A stretch of DNA of 64,000 bases, taken from assembly GCA_020161265.1 (NCBI GenBank), contig JAIUOC010000003.1, positions 235,024-299,023 of the forward strand. Direction: 5' to 3'. Under the pieces are notes generated by a model, which saw nothing but the letters and a program-made list of their open reading frames with translations, made no database searches and had not been told where the DNA came from. The first letter of the stretch is position 1. The number at the start of each line of letters is the position of its first letter. Origin of the DNA: Chloroflexota bacterium (lineage in GTDB: Bacteria; Chloroflexota; Chloroflexia; Chloroflexales; Herpetosiphonaceae). Position numbers and translations under genes: made by a program. Shown piece after piece: positions 27,314-37,447 of this stretch.

Positions 27314-28326
27314 CCATTGCCCAACAAATTGCCTTTGAATATTTCGCGATGGCACGGGAAGCCACGGCGGGCACGCCTGCCAGTGCACCGACCCACTATG
27401 TCACTGCCAAAGGTCAAGTCGATCCCGAGATTGCCCACGATGAGCCGGAAGAATCACGCGGCACATTGGCCAAGATCTACCGCTCGGCGGTGGTTAATCG
27501 CCAATCCAAGTGGAAAGCCAGCGGCGGCCTTGATCTCGATCTCATCCCGTTTCTGCTCCAGATGATGCACAACGGAGCGCTCACCACGCCAACGACTCCA
27601 GCGGGGGCAACGCTGGGGCGCTTGTGGGAAGCCACCCGCGTGATGACCAGTGCCAATACCAAATTCGCGACGCTGTGGTTTGGCGATCCCAATGTCCAAA
27701 CCTTTCGCGCGGCGTTTGGCGGGCTGAACAACCTCAAACTGACCAGCAATGTCGTGGGCAATGCGGCCACCAAGCTTGATTTGGATGGCTTTGCTCAATT
27801 TATGGAAGCCGTCACTACGCCTGCGTTGCCTGCTCAAACCGCTGGTGATCTAGTGATTCCGAGTGATCTGGAGTGCTGGATTGACCAAGGGAGCGATGCG
27901 ATTGGCACGACTCCGGCAACCTTCCGCGTGATTCAGGTCGAGCACACGTTTCAACCAGGGCTGGAACCGGATAAGTCGGCGAGTGGCCCGAGTGGTAACC
28001 GCACGTGGAATCGGGTCAATGTGGGGGTGAGTTCGCCCCAAACCATCCTCACGCTCTATTTTGACGACCTGACCGATTACGACCGCTGGCGCAACGGCGT
28101 GCGTTGTAAGGTGCGGGTGCGCCATAACGGCTCGTTCATCGAGACCGTGGCGGGGAATCCGAGCTATCGCTATCTCGAAGTCGATGGCTATGGGGTGCTC
28201 AAAGCGATGACGTGGGGCGCACAGAAGAACGCTCGCACGATCAAACTGACCCTCGACCACGCCTATGAACCCACGATTGGCAGTGATCTGCGCATCGCGT
28301 GCCAAAACACCAAAGCCACCGTGTAA
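27310..28326 (+). CDS. major tail protein candidate
   Basis: 338 aa, upstream of the chaperone/TMP pair. Confidence 0.45.
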   Translation: MTIAQQIAFEYFAMAREATAGTPASAPTHYVTAKGQVDPEIAHDEPEESRGTLAKIYRSAVVNRQSKWKASGGLDLDLIPFLLQMMHNGALTTPTTPAGATLGRLWEATRVMTSANTKFATLWFGDPNVQTFRAAFGGLNNLKLTSNVVGNAATKLDLDGFAQFMEAVTTPALPAQTAGDLVIPSDLECWIDQGSDAIGTTPATFRVIQVEHTFQPGLEPDKSASGPSGNRTWNRVNVGVSSPQTILTLYFDDLTDYDRWRNGVRCKVRVRHNGSFIETVAGNPSYRYLEVDGYGVLKAMTWGAQKNARTIKLTLDHAYEPTIGSDLRIACQNTKATV

Positions 28327-28380
28327 GCCACGGTTTTCGCGCAACGTTGATAGATGTTCACTTGTGAAAAGGATGACCCA

Positions 28381-28764
28381 ATGAGCCGTTTTACTCCAAC
28401 CACCACCGTCGATCTGACCGATGCCGAGGACACGATCACCATGCGCACGGGCTTGACCTATGGCCAACGCGCCGATTATGCCGATGCCTTGATGCAGATC
28501 GAGGGTGAGTATGTCACGACCTATCGCCGCCAGTTACTGATGCTCGAAGCCACAATCGAGGATTGGTCAGGCCCATCGTTTGATGCTATGCCGCTCACCC
28601 GCACTAGCATTGCGGCGCTCGATGCGCGTGATCCATTGGTACAACGGGCCGTCGCCCATGCCGAGGCGGTGATCTACCCAAAGGCCGCACCATTAACGGG
28701 CGACACCAGCAGCACAGCTTCAGCCACGCCGAGCAGCTCTACTGGGGTTGGTACGCCCAGCTAA
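28381..28764 (+). CDS. tail assembly chaperone (G-like)
   Basis: Acidic small protein immediately upstream of the tape measure; RBS AAGGA. Confidence 0.45.
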   Translation: MSRFTPTTTVDLTDAEDTITMRTGLTYGQRADYADALMQIEGEYVTTYRRQLLMLEATIEDWSGPSFDAMPLTRTSIAALDARDPLVQRAVAHAEAVIYPKAAPLTGDTSSTASATPSSSTGVGTPS

Positions 28765-28887
28765 GTGGCGCAGCGGCCACGCGGATCGGTGACTACGATG
28801 CCGAGGTGGCCTTAGCCATGCGCTTTGGCTGGACCTATGACCAAATTCGCCAGCAACCGGCTGGTTTTATTGATGAATTAATCGCGC

Positions 28888-31800
28888 GTGCCAATGCCGA
28901 AAGCGACTGGCAAGCCGAGGAGCAGGGCCGTGGCGGAAGAAACGCTTGAACTGATTCTCTCCCTCCGCGATGAGGCCACCAGCAAACTCGCCGCTGCTGG
29001 TGGCCAGCTTGCGTCCCTGAACGAGCAATCGACCCGTGCCGCCGCGACCGTGCAAACGCTGGCGGATAAATATCGCTTGGCGGGGCAATCCCAAGACCTC
29101 GTAGCCAAGTCGGTGACCGACCTCACGGGCAAACAAGCCAAACTCGAAAGCACGATCGAGGCAACCACCCGCGCACTGGAGCAGGAGCGGGCCAAAGCCG
29201 ATAGCAACGCCACGACTATCGCCACGTTGGAGCGCTCACTCGACAAATTGCAGCAGCAAGCGCGATCGACGAGTGATGCGATTGAACGCAAAGTGATCAG
29301 CATCGAAAAGGCCAGCGTCAGTATGCGCCAACTGGAGCAGCGCACGCTGAGTGCCGCCGATGCCATGCGCCGCGAAGACACTGCCATGACTGACTCCAAA
29401 AGTTCACTTGGTGGTCTTGCCGATGGACTCATGGGCGTGGCCAAAGCCTATGTTGGGGTGGAGGCGGTGCGCAAGGTGGTGCAGTGGGGCAAAGAAGGAG
29501 CGGCCATCGAAGGGGTTGAGGAAGCCTTCGACAACCTTGCCCGCAAATCCGGCACATCGAGCACCGCCTATCTGGCAGCGCTGAAGCAGGCCAGTGCAGG
29601 CACCATCAGCGAAACCAATCTGATGATTGGGGCCAATAAGGCGGTGTTGCTGGCGGGCGATCGCTTGGCCAAGGATGTGCCGAAGCTCTTAGAGATTGCG
29701 CGGGCCGCCTCCAAAGCGACCGGCGAAGATATCAACTTCATGTTTGATTCGCTGGTCACGGGTCTCGCGCGAAACTCGAAAATGATCATCGATAACCTTG
29801 GGATCACGGTCGATGTGGCCAAGGCCAATCAGGAGTATGCCGCGTCACTGGGCAAAACCGTGATGGCGCTGACCGATCAAGAGAAGGCGCTGGCCTTCCA
29901 ACAGGCGGTGATGCAGAGTGGCCAGCAGATGATCAACGATGTTGGCGTGGATGTCGATTCGAATGCGGCCAAAATCGCCCGTGCCGAAGCCCATTTGCAA
30001 AACTTTGGCAACAGCCTGAAGGTGCTGGCTGGCAACATCGTGGGCTTCTTTGCCGAAGGCATTGATGTGCTCGATCGGCTGACCAGCCAAAACGTCACCC
30101 TTGCGCAGCGGCTCGATGAGGTCGATTACCGCGCAATTCAATCCGGCAAGAGCTTCGCGACCTATCGCCAAATCTTGACCGACCTCGATGCGACCGAGGG
30201 CATGGTCACTGAGGGTCAATATCATCTGGCCGAAGCCTTCCTCAACACGGGCATGGACGCGCAAGCCGCCATGGATCGGGTGCGGGGCTTAGGCGATGCG
30301 TTTGTGCGCAAAGCTGAGGCTGCCGGACTCTCCAGCACCGCGATTGCCGAGCTGGCGACGCGGGCCGACACCTTGTCCGACAAAAGCGAACGGGCACGCG
30401 GGGCGGTCGAGGCCACGACCTTTGCCTTCAGTGCCGGATCAATTGATGCGACCCTCTACCAGCAGGCGCTCGATGCAATTGAGCAACAGGTGGTGCAAGA
30501 TGAAATTGAACTGACCCGCTTGGAAGGGGCGACCCTGCTCGTCGCCAGTGCCACCCGCGAAGCCACGGTCAGCACCGATGACTTTACCGCAGCGGTCGAT
30601 GCCCATACCGAGAGTCTCTACGCCAAAATCGATGCGACGATCGAAGCCAGTATGGAGCAAGAAACCCTCGCGCTCTTGACCCAAAACGCGCGACTGGCTG
30701 CCGATGATCATATTGGCGCATTAGCTGCCGAAACCAGTAGCCTCTATGATCTCGCCGCTGCCGCCCAAACCGCCGGTGATGCACTCGCCTATAAAGCCCT
30801 GATGGAAGGGGCCGCGCAGCTGCCGCGCAACACCACCGCTTCGCGCAATGATCTCCGCGCTGAGGGCATCGACCCGCGTGATCAACGCCAATACAAGGAT
30901 GCCGTGGCCGATCGGGCACAAGATTTGGTCAATCCGGCAGGCGCAGCGGCGCGACAACGCGAGGCCGAACGCCAAGCGGGAGACTTTAATCGCCGCAATG
31001 CCGAAAAAGTGCGCACGGCTCGCACCCCGACCCGCCGGAGTGGTGGCGGTGGCGGTGAGAGTGGCAGCCGTGGCCAATCCGCCAGTCAACGCGAAGCCGA
31101 GCAGCGGATCAAACAGGCCGAGCAGACCGAAGCCAAGATTGCCAAAGCCAAGGAGGATTTTCAGGAGAAGGCCGAACGCCTGACCCGCGAGCACTATGCT
31201 ACGGTGCGCAACATCGAGGATGACTATCACCGCAAAGCCTTGGCGGCGGAGCAGTCGTTCAATCGCCAGAAGTTTGCCGATCAAGCCGATTTCCTTGAAT
31301 CCGTGGCCAGCATGCACAAAGACGATCGGGCGGAGGCGCTGCGCAAGCAAACCGAGGCATGGGATAAAGCCCAAGCGATGGCGCAGGCAGGTCGCGCCAA
31401 AGAGGCTGATGCCTATCTCAAAGCGGCGGAAGAAGAAATTGAAGCCGATCAGCAACGCACCGATCGCATGCGCCAGCTGCGCCAACAGTTGGCCGATGAG
31501 ACCGCCGACTTGACCGCTGCAGATCGCGCGGATTTGGAAGAGCAGCTACGGCTGTTAGCCAAAGCCGATCAGATTAAGGACGACCTTGCGGCCAAGCGCT
31601 TGAGCGACTTGGAAACCGCCAACGATAGCCTGAAAGCTGAACGCGATGAGGCCTTGGCCAGCGAGAACGCCGACTATACCGAGGCACAGGTCAAGCTGCG
31701 TGATGACTTTGCCGACACCATGCGCGGAATTCTCGATAAACAAACCGAGCAATTACAGGCGCATCAAATGTGGGCTGATGCCACGATTGCACTCTATGGC

Positions 31801-32304
31801 CTCGTGGCCAGCGCTGCAAGCACGGCCTCCCGCGCTGTTGGCCAAGTACCCAGTGGCACTGCCGCGCCTGGCGAAGATGCGCCGTTTACCACGCAGGATA
31901 AAGTGGAAGCCAGCTACGCCCTTGGCACGGGTGACATGGGGTTGACCCGCGATATGGTAGTGCAAGCCCATGCCCGCGAAATTATTGTTGACCCGACCCG
32001 CTCTGAGGTGATTCGTAAGGCGGGCGGGATTGATTATCTGCTCAAACTCAGTGAAACCGAACGGGTCACTCGGTCGCGTGCCGATCGGCTGCCCACCGTC
32101 ACGCCTACGCCCTTAGTCCAGCCAGCCCCGCGTGATTATCCCCCACCTGCTGCCGCAGCGGGGCCAACCACCGTGGCCATTCAGGCAGGCGGCTTGACCC
32201 TTGCCCAAATTGAAGCGCTCTTACGCCGGATTCTGGCCCAAAATAACCAAGGGATGGGTCAACAAAGCCAGGTCCGGCAGCGTTTAGCCAGTCCCCGAAA
32301 GTGA
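28888..32304 (+). CDS. tail tape measure protein
   Basis: 1138 aa, alanine/coiled-coil rich, canonical position. Confidence 0.7.
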   Translation: MPMPKATGKPRSRAVAEETLELILSLRDEATSKLAAAGGQLASLNEQSTRAAATVQTLADKYRLAGQSQDLVAKSVTDLTGKQAKLESTIEATTRALEQERAKADSNATTIATLERSLDKLQQQARSTSDAIERKVISIEKASVSMRQLEQRTLSAADAMRREDTAMTDSKSSLGGLADGLMGVAKAYVGVEAVRKVVQWGKEGAAIEGVEEAFDNLARKSGTSSTAYLAALKQASAGTISETNLMIGANKAVLLAGDRLAKDVPKLLEIARAASKATGEDINFMFDSLVTGLARNSKMIIDNLGITVDVAKANQEYAASLGKTVMALTDQEKALAFQQAVMQSGQQMINDVGVDVDSNAAKIARAEAHLQNFGNSLKVLAGNIVGFFAEGIDVLDRLTSQNVTLAQRLDEVDYRAIQSGKSFATYRQILTDLDATEGMVTEGQYHLAEAFLNTGMDAQAAMDRVRGLGDAFVRKAEAAGLSSTAIAELATRADTLSDKSERARGAVEATTFAFSAGSIDATLYQQALDAIEQQVVQDEIELTRLEGATLLVASATREATVSTDDFTAAVDAHTESLYAKIDATIEASMEQETLALLTQNARLAADDHIGALAAETSSLYDLAAAAQTAGDALAYKALMEGAAQLPRNTTASRNDLRAEGIDPRDQRQYKDAVADRAQDLVNPAGAAARQREAERQAGDFNRRNAEKVRTARTPTRRSGGGGGESGSRGQSASQREAEQRIKQAEQTEAKIAKAKEDFQEKAERLTREHYATVRNIEDDYHRKALAAEQSFNRQKFADQADFLESVASMHKDDRAEALRKQTEAWDKAQAMAQAGRAKEADAYLKAAEEEIEADQQRTDRMRQLRQQLADETADLTAADRADLEEQLRLLAKADQIKDDLAAKRLSDLETANDSLKAERDEALASENADYTEAQVKLRDDFADTMRGILDKQTEQLQAHQMWADATIALYGLVASAASTASRAVGQVPSGTAAPGEDAPFTTQDKVEASYALGTGDMGLTRDMVVQAHAREIIVDPTRSEVIRKAGGIDYLLKLSETERVTRSRADRLPTVTPTPLVQPAPRDYPPPAAAAGPTTVAIQAGGLTLAQIEALLRRILAQNNQGMGQQSQVRQRLASPRK

Positions 32305-32308
32305 GGAT

Positions 32309-33679
32309 ATGATGCCAACGACCCAACGCACCTGTTCGTTGATTGCCGGAACCGATACCTTTACGATTGGCGACCCCAGCGCGGGAGCCGATGCCACCTT
32401 TGTACTCGGCGGCGGAGCCATTCCCAGCACCCACGATGATCGCCCAGTGGAAACCCAGTGGCTGATTAATATTGTCGGCACGACGGCAGCCGATGCCATG
32501 AGTCGGCTGCAAAAACTAGGACGGATTCTGACCGCTGCGACTTATTACCGCACGGCTCCTGAGCAGTATGACAGCCTGCGGCCACGGGTGCTGTTTCAGC
32601 CCTTTGGTAGTAATCGCAGCACGCCGCTCGTGCGCAGTTTGCTCGATGCGACCGTGCCTGATGTGCCCGCTGGACTGATTGATACCGATTTACAAGCGAT
32701 TCCGCCCGGGATTAACGGGGTGGCGGTCAGCTTTCAGTCGGGCGGCTGGTGGTTGCCGAGCGAGGTCAGTGACTATGATCGGGTCACCTCCGCCAGTGTG
32801 GCCAATGGTAGTGTGATGAACCTGAACTTTGGCGCAACCCTGCATGCGATTGCTTCCCCAGCTCGCGTAACCGTGGCGGGCAACTATCCCCCAACCAGTA
32901 GTGGCTTCTTGAACATGCCGCTCTCGGCGCTGCTGGTGAGTAAACAAGGCGGGATTCAGGTGGTAGCGGGCAGTAGCTGGAGCACTGATGCCACGTGGGC
33001 GAGTAACAACCAGTCGGCCCAAAAAGCTCGCGATACCTTTGTCTTGCGCGGAACCCTCAGTGCTGGCGTGACGAGCACCACGCCGCAACATACGGGCGGC
33101 TTTAGTGTCAGTGGGCGGCAGACGGTGGTGACCAAGATTGCCGTGCGCACCGCTGGCGTGAGTGTGCGGATTGCCGCCATCCTCGACAATCTGGAGAATG
33201 GCCAAAGCCTCGTTTCGCCCGAAGAGGTCGTGAGTGGTGGCAGCACGACCAACCCGCAAATCGTGATCTTCCGCGAGATTGCGATTAATAGCGTGAGCAC
33301 CCGCTTGCGCTATCGGGTGACCGCCAGCGCCGCCGCGACGGTCGATATTGAAACCAGCTACCTCGTCGATACCACCCGCCCTGAGCATGGCGTGCGCATC
33401 CTTGAACCCTTCGCCTTAAATAGCAGCCCGACTGGCTTTGTGTTGGACTTCCAACCCACCTATCGCCCACGGGTGGCGATTACGGGCAAGTTTGTTGGTG
33501 CGCGTGGCCGCTTGCCCGTACAGGTTCCGGCCCAAACCGCAGCGGGAGCCGATGCCAATCTTGATGCGGTCTATATTGGAACCTATAGCACCAACTGGCG
33601 GATTGTCGATGCGGCCAGCGCGGTGACCAATTATGTGCTGACCCTGGACCGCTATCGGGCCTACCGGATGCCAGAGTAA
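32309..33679 (+). CDS. distal tail protein candidate
   Basis: Gene order after TMP. Confidence 0.4.
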   Translation: MMPTTQRTCSLIAGTDTFTIGDPSAGADATFVLGGGAIPSTHDDRPVETQWLINIVGTTAADAMSRLQKLGRILTAATYYRTAPEQYDSLRPRVLFQPFGSNRSTPLVRSLLDATVPDVPAGLIDTDLQAIPPGINGVAVSFQSGGWWLPSEVSDYDRVTSASVANGSVMNLNFGATLHAIASPARVTVAGNYPPTSSGFLNMPLSALLVSKQGGIQVVAGSSWSTDATWASNNQSAQKARDTFVLRGTLSAGVTSTTPQHTGGFSVSGRQTVVTKIAVRTAGVSVRIAAILDNLENGQSLVSPEEVVSGGSTTNPQIVIFREIAINSVSTRLRYRVTASAAATVDIETSYLVDTTRPEHGVRILEPFALNSSPTGFVLDFQPTYRPRVAITGKFVGARGRLPVQVPAQTAAGADANLDAVYIGTYSTNWRIVDAASAVTNYVLTLDRYRAYRMPE

Positions 33680-33690
33680 GCGAGGCAATA

Positions 33691-35457
33691 ATGCTTGATC
33701 CCCAATTCCAAATTCTGATTCAGGATCTGACGAGTAGCCAAATGCTGGATGTCTCCGATCGAGTGACTGCTGCCACGTGGCGCTATACCGAGCAGGGCTG
33801 TGGTGATCTCAGTGTCACCATGCCCTGCACCATGCCGGAAGCCTATTGGTTCAAAACGCTGCCGTTTATCTATGTCAAAGTCTTCAACCGCTGCTCGAAG
33901 CGCATCTGGTGGGGCCGTGCTGCTGGCGATGATGTAACAATTACCCGTACCGCAGATGGGGCTGTCTCAATCCAGATTCTGGCCTTGGGCCTCGTCAAAG
34001 CGCTCGAAGATATTCCGCATACGGGCTGGTGGAGCAGCACCCGCTATGGTGATTGGCAGGACGTAACTAGCGACCTGATTCCCAGTCGCACGCCCGAACG
34101 CTTCAGCTTTGAAACCGAGCGGCGCTTGCGGATTGCACCATCGGGCGGCAATGGCTTCACGACCAGCAGCATTGGTATGTTGTCGATTGTGCAGCCCGCT
34201 GCGGCCAGTGTGCAGTGGCAAACGATTGAGGCGAGCTACACCCTGAAAGCGCCTGCTGGATGGCGAGCCAGCTTGAGTCGTTATGATGGCACAACCTTTC
34301 TTTCCTCGCTCTGGACACTCGATGGCATTGGCACGGGCGCGACCGGAATCACCACGCAAAGCGGCACGCTGAGTTTCCTGAGCGGGGTTGGCTGTTCGCG
34401 CTTGGGCTTTAATCTGTTTTGTACCCGTGCGGCCACCAATCTCCATACCGCCGCAATTACGGCAGGCACGCGCACGGTCACGCCCGGTACGATGGCAGGC
34501 ATCGCGGTCAATGCCAAGTTGGCGATTGGCGGCGCGGAGCCGGAGGAAGTCGTGGTGACGGCCACGACCGCGACAACCTTTACCGCCGTGTTTCGTAATG
34601 CGCACCTTGGCAGCGATCTGGTGGAGCCACTGTGGGATGGCAATGATGGCGATATTGAGTTGATCATCACCAACGTGCGCGTGAAAGCCGTGACGACCCC
34701 AACCGTGACGCTGGATCAACTGGCCAAGTCTGCCTTGAGTGAGGTACTGGCCGTCAATCCATGGGCGGTCTTTAATAGCGATGGCAAAGTGCAAAGTCCG
34801 ATCGTCGATATCGCGAATCTCGTAGCTGACGATCAGCCGTGGGCGACGATCCTGAGTGAGCAGGTGCCGCTGGGGGATACCAGCAATCGCCCATGGGTGT
34901 GGGGTGTTGATGAGGATGGGGTGCTATTCGTGCGGCCTCGCCAGTCAGGGCGGGTCTGGTATGTGAGTACCGAGCAATGCAGCTATACCCAAGGCGGCAA
35001 TAGCGATGGACGCTGGACGAGCGGCTATGGGGTGTATGAGGATGAGCAAGGCCAACGCCAGCGCACGCCCATCCAAACCGATGCCCAAGCGTTGGCCAAT
35101 AGCGGGTTGGTGCGGCGCACCGCGCTATCAGTTGACAGCGGAACGCTCGCCGTGGCCATGCAGCGGACGAGCGTGTTTCTGAGTGATGCGGCCAAAGGCG
35201 AAGCCGCTGCCAGCCTGATCTGTGCGGTGCTGGAAACGGTGGATGGCATGGTCTATCCGGCAACCGAAGCGCGACCGGGGGACATGCTCCTGTTCCGCGA
35301 TGTGCTGCCCACCAGTAGCGCCGTAGCCAATCGCCTGAATGGTTTTGTCTTGGCCGAAGTGCGGGTGGATGGCTTCAATCTCGGCGCAGTGCAGCTCGTG
35401 CCGGAGGAGCCGCTGCCATGGTTGGAGATGATGACCGCCAAGGTGGGTATGAAGTAA
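33691..35457 (+). CDS. tail tip / tail fibre-like protein candidate
   Basis: 588 aa following distal tail protein. Confidence 0.4.
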   Translation: MLDPQFQILIQDLTSSQMLDVSDRVTAATWRYTEQGCGDLSVTMPCTMPEAYWFKTLPFIYVKVFNRCSKRIWWGRAAGDDVTITRTADGAVSIQILALGLVKALEDIPHTGWWSSTRYGDWQDVTSDLIPSRTPERFSFETERRLRIAPSGGNGFTTSSIGMLSIVQPAAASVQWQTIEASYTLKAPAGWRASLSRYDGTTFLSSLWTLDGIGTGATGITTQSGTLSFLSGVGCSRLGFNLFCTRAATNLHTAAITAGTRTVTPGTMAGIAVNAKLAIGGAEPEEVVVTATTATTFTAVFRNAHLGSDLVEPLWDGNDGDIELIITNVRVKAVTTPTVTLDQLAKSALSEVLAVNPWAVFNSDGKVQSPIVDIANLVADDQPWATILSEQVPLGDTSNRPWVWGVDEDGVLFVRPRQSGRVWYVSTEQCSYTQGGNSDGRWTSGYGVYEDEQGQRQRTPIQTDAQALANSGLVRRTALSVDSGTLAVAMQRTSVFLSDAAKGEAAASLICAVLETVDGMVYPATEARPGDMLLFRDVLPTSSAVANRLNGFVLAEVRVDGFNLGAVQLVPEEPLPWLEMMTAKVGMK

Positions 35458-35673
35458 CAAAGATTATTTTTTATATTAAATCAAGACTGTGGGTGTTCAC
35501 CCGCAGTCTTATTATTACCTTCGATGAATTGAGTCTAATTGTATTCCCACATGCCAATACAGGTGATCTTTGAATAGTACATAGGTAGACCCATTAGGGG
35601 ATAGTCGGTAATGCAAGATTATTTCATAATAACTTAAATTACTATAATCCATAGTATAAGAAGTGAGGATGTT

Positions 35674-37182
35674 ATGAGTAATTCACTTTATTATGGAGAC
35701 AATCTTGACGTACTACGTAGAAAAATTCGCGATGAGACGGTTGACCTCTGTTATATCGATCCTCCATTCAACTCTAAAAGAACCTACAATCAAATCTATA
35801 ATAATTTTGGCCAAGAAGATAAGGCTCAAGCTCAAGCATTTATCGATACTTGGAAATGGGATGATCATTCAAATAGCGGGTTAGCCCAAATCTTTGATAA
35901 TACTCATGGTTTATATCCATCACAGTGTATAGAATTAATTAATGGACTCCTAAAGGTACTAAGAAAAGGCAGTATGCTTGCCTATTTAGTAAATATGACC
36001 CTTCGTATCGCAGAAATTCATCGAGTATTAAAACCATCAGGAACATTCTTTCTCCATTGTGATCCTACGGCAAGTCACTATCTGAAACTTATTCTTGATA
36101 CTATATTTGTTTCTCAAGGTGGCGAATTTCAGAATGAGATTATTTGGTGTTATTCAATTGGTGGGAAATCAAGCAAACGATTTGCAGAAAAACATGATGT
36201 TATACTTTTTTATACAAAGTCAAATGATGATACCCACACATTTAATAGACAAGGTGCTATCATTCCCCGCAAACCAAACAGTCATATGAAAGTACGTTCT
36301 ACGGCTGATGGGAGACTATATCAAGAAAAAACTGATAAAAAATCAGGAAAAGTATATCGTTATTTTCTTGATGATGGGAAAATTGCTGAAGATTGGTGGA
36401 TAGATATTGAAACCTTAAATAGAGGAGATAGTGAGCGATTAGGATATCCTACGCAGAAACCTGAACGCCTTCTGGAACGCATTATTGGAACATTTAGCAA
36501 TGAAGGTGATTGTATTTTTGATGCTTATTGTGGATGTGGTACTACTATTAATGTTGCCCAACGATTAGAACGGAAATGGATTGGAATTGATATTACATAT
36601 CAAAGTATAGGATTAATTTTACGACGTTTAGAAGACTCATTTGGAACACAGTCCGTTACAAATATTCAGCTTTCTGGTGTGCCGCGAGACATGGATGGAG
36701 CTAGGGCATTAGCGAATAAAAAAGACGATCGCACTCGTAAAGAGTTTGAGAAATGGGCAGTTCTTACATTTTCTAATAATAGAGCAGTCATTAATGATAA
36801 AAAAGGAGCTGATCATGGTATTGATGGTAAAGCTTTTGTTCAAGAATCGATGAATAATCAGAGACCTATTGTATTTTCTGTTAAATCAGGTCATAACTTG
36901 AATGTATCAATGGTTCGCGATTTACATGGTGTTATTGCAAGAGAGGATGCTGCGGCGGGTATCTTGATTACTCTTGAACCACCTACAAAACCAATGAGTC
37001 ATGAAGCAAAAGCCGCAGGAACGTATCAAAATCCCTATATGAGTAATCCATTTGATCGAATTCAATTAGTGAGTGTTGAATCTATTCTCCAAGGAGAACG
37101 GCTTCGGTTACCATTAACTCATGAGGTTCTTAAACGCGCAGAGACTTATTCAGCAGGAGAAAACTTATCTTTTGGGCTATAA
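35674..37182 (+). CDS. DNA methyltransferase (N6_N4 beta-class, DPPF motif) fused to a C-terminal Mrr_cat-like restriction-endonuclease domain
   Basis: N-terminal LCYIDPPFNS; C-terminal ADHGIDGKAF...VFSVKSG...VRDLHGVIAREDAAAGILITLEP; AT-rich. Confidence 0.7.
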   Translation: MSNSLYYGDNLDVLRRKIRDETVDLCYIDPPFNSKRTYNQIYNNFGQEDKAQAQAFIDTWKWDDHSNSGLAQIFDNTHGLYPSQCIELINGLLKVLRKGSMLAYLVNMTLRIAEIHRVLKPSGTFFLHCDPTASHYLKLILDTIFVSQGGEFQNEIIWCYSIGGKSSKRFAEKHDVILFYTKSNDDTHTFNRQGAIIPRKPNSHMKVRSTADGRLYQEKTDKKSGKVYRYFLDDGKIAEDWWIDIETLNRGDSERLGYPTQKPERLLERIIGTFSNEGDCIFDAYCGCGTTINVAQRLERKWIGIDITYQSIGLILRRLEDSFGTQSVTNIQLSGVPRDMDGARALANKKDDRTRKEFEKWAVLTFSNNRAVINDKKGADHGIDGKAFVQESMNNQRPIVFSVKSGHNLNVSMVRDLHGVIAREDAAAGILITLEPPTKPMSHEAKAAGTYQNPYMSNPFDRIQLVSVESILQGERLRLPLTHEVLKRAETYSAGENLSFGL

Positions 37183-37398
37183 ACCCTATAATGTATAGCA
37201 GTCATACATTCTCATAACAAGCGGGTTTATTTATAAATTTAATGCTGATTATTGAAAATTTGCAATCAGTGATTTCATTACTACGCACTCGAGAACTTGA
37301 TATGACATAAGTTGTGATATAGCGGCGGTATAGCTCGTTTCGGAGGAGCCGCTGCCATTGCTGGAGATGGTGGTGGCGAAGTCTGCTATTCGCGATTA

Positions 37399-37445
37399 AA
37401 TAAACACGACAGCTATCTTATCAATAAGGTAGCTGTCGTGTTTAA
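37399..37445. terminator. bidirectional terminator hairpin between convergent genes
   Basis: 12-bp stem acacgacagcta/tagctgtcgtgt, T-rich flanks. Confidence 0.45.
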
Positions 37446-37447
37446 AT

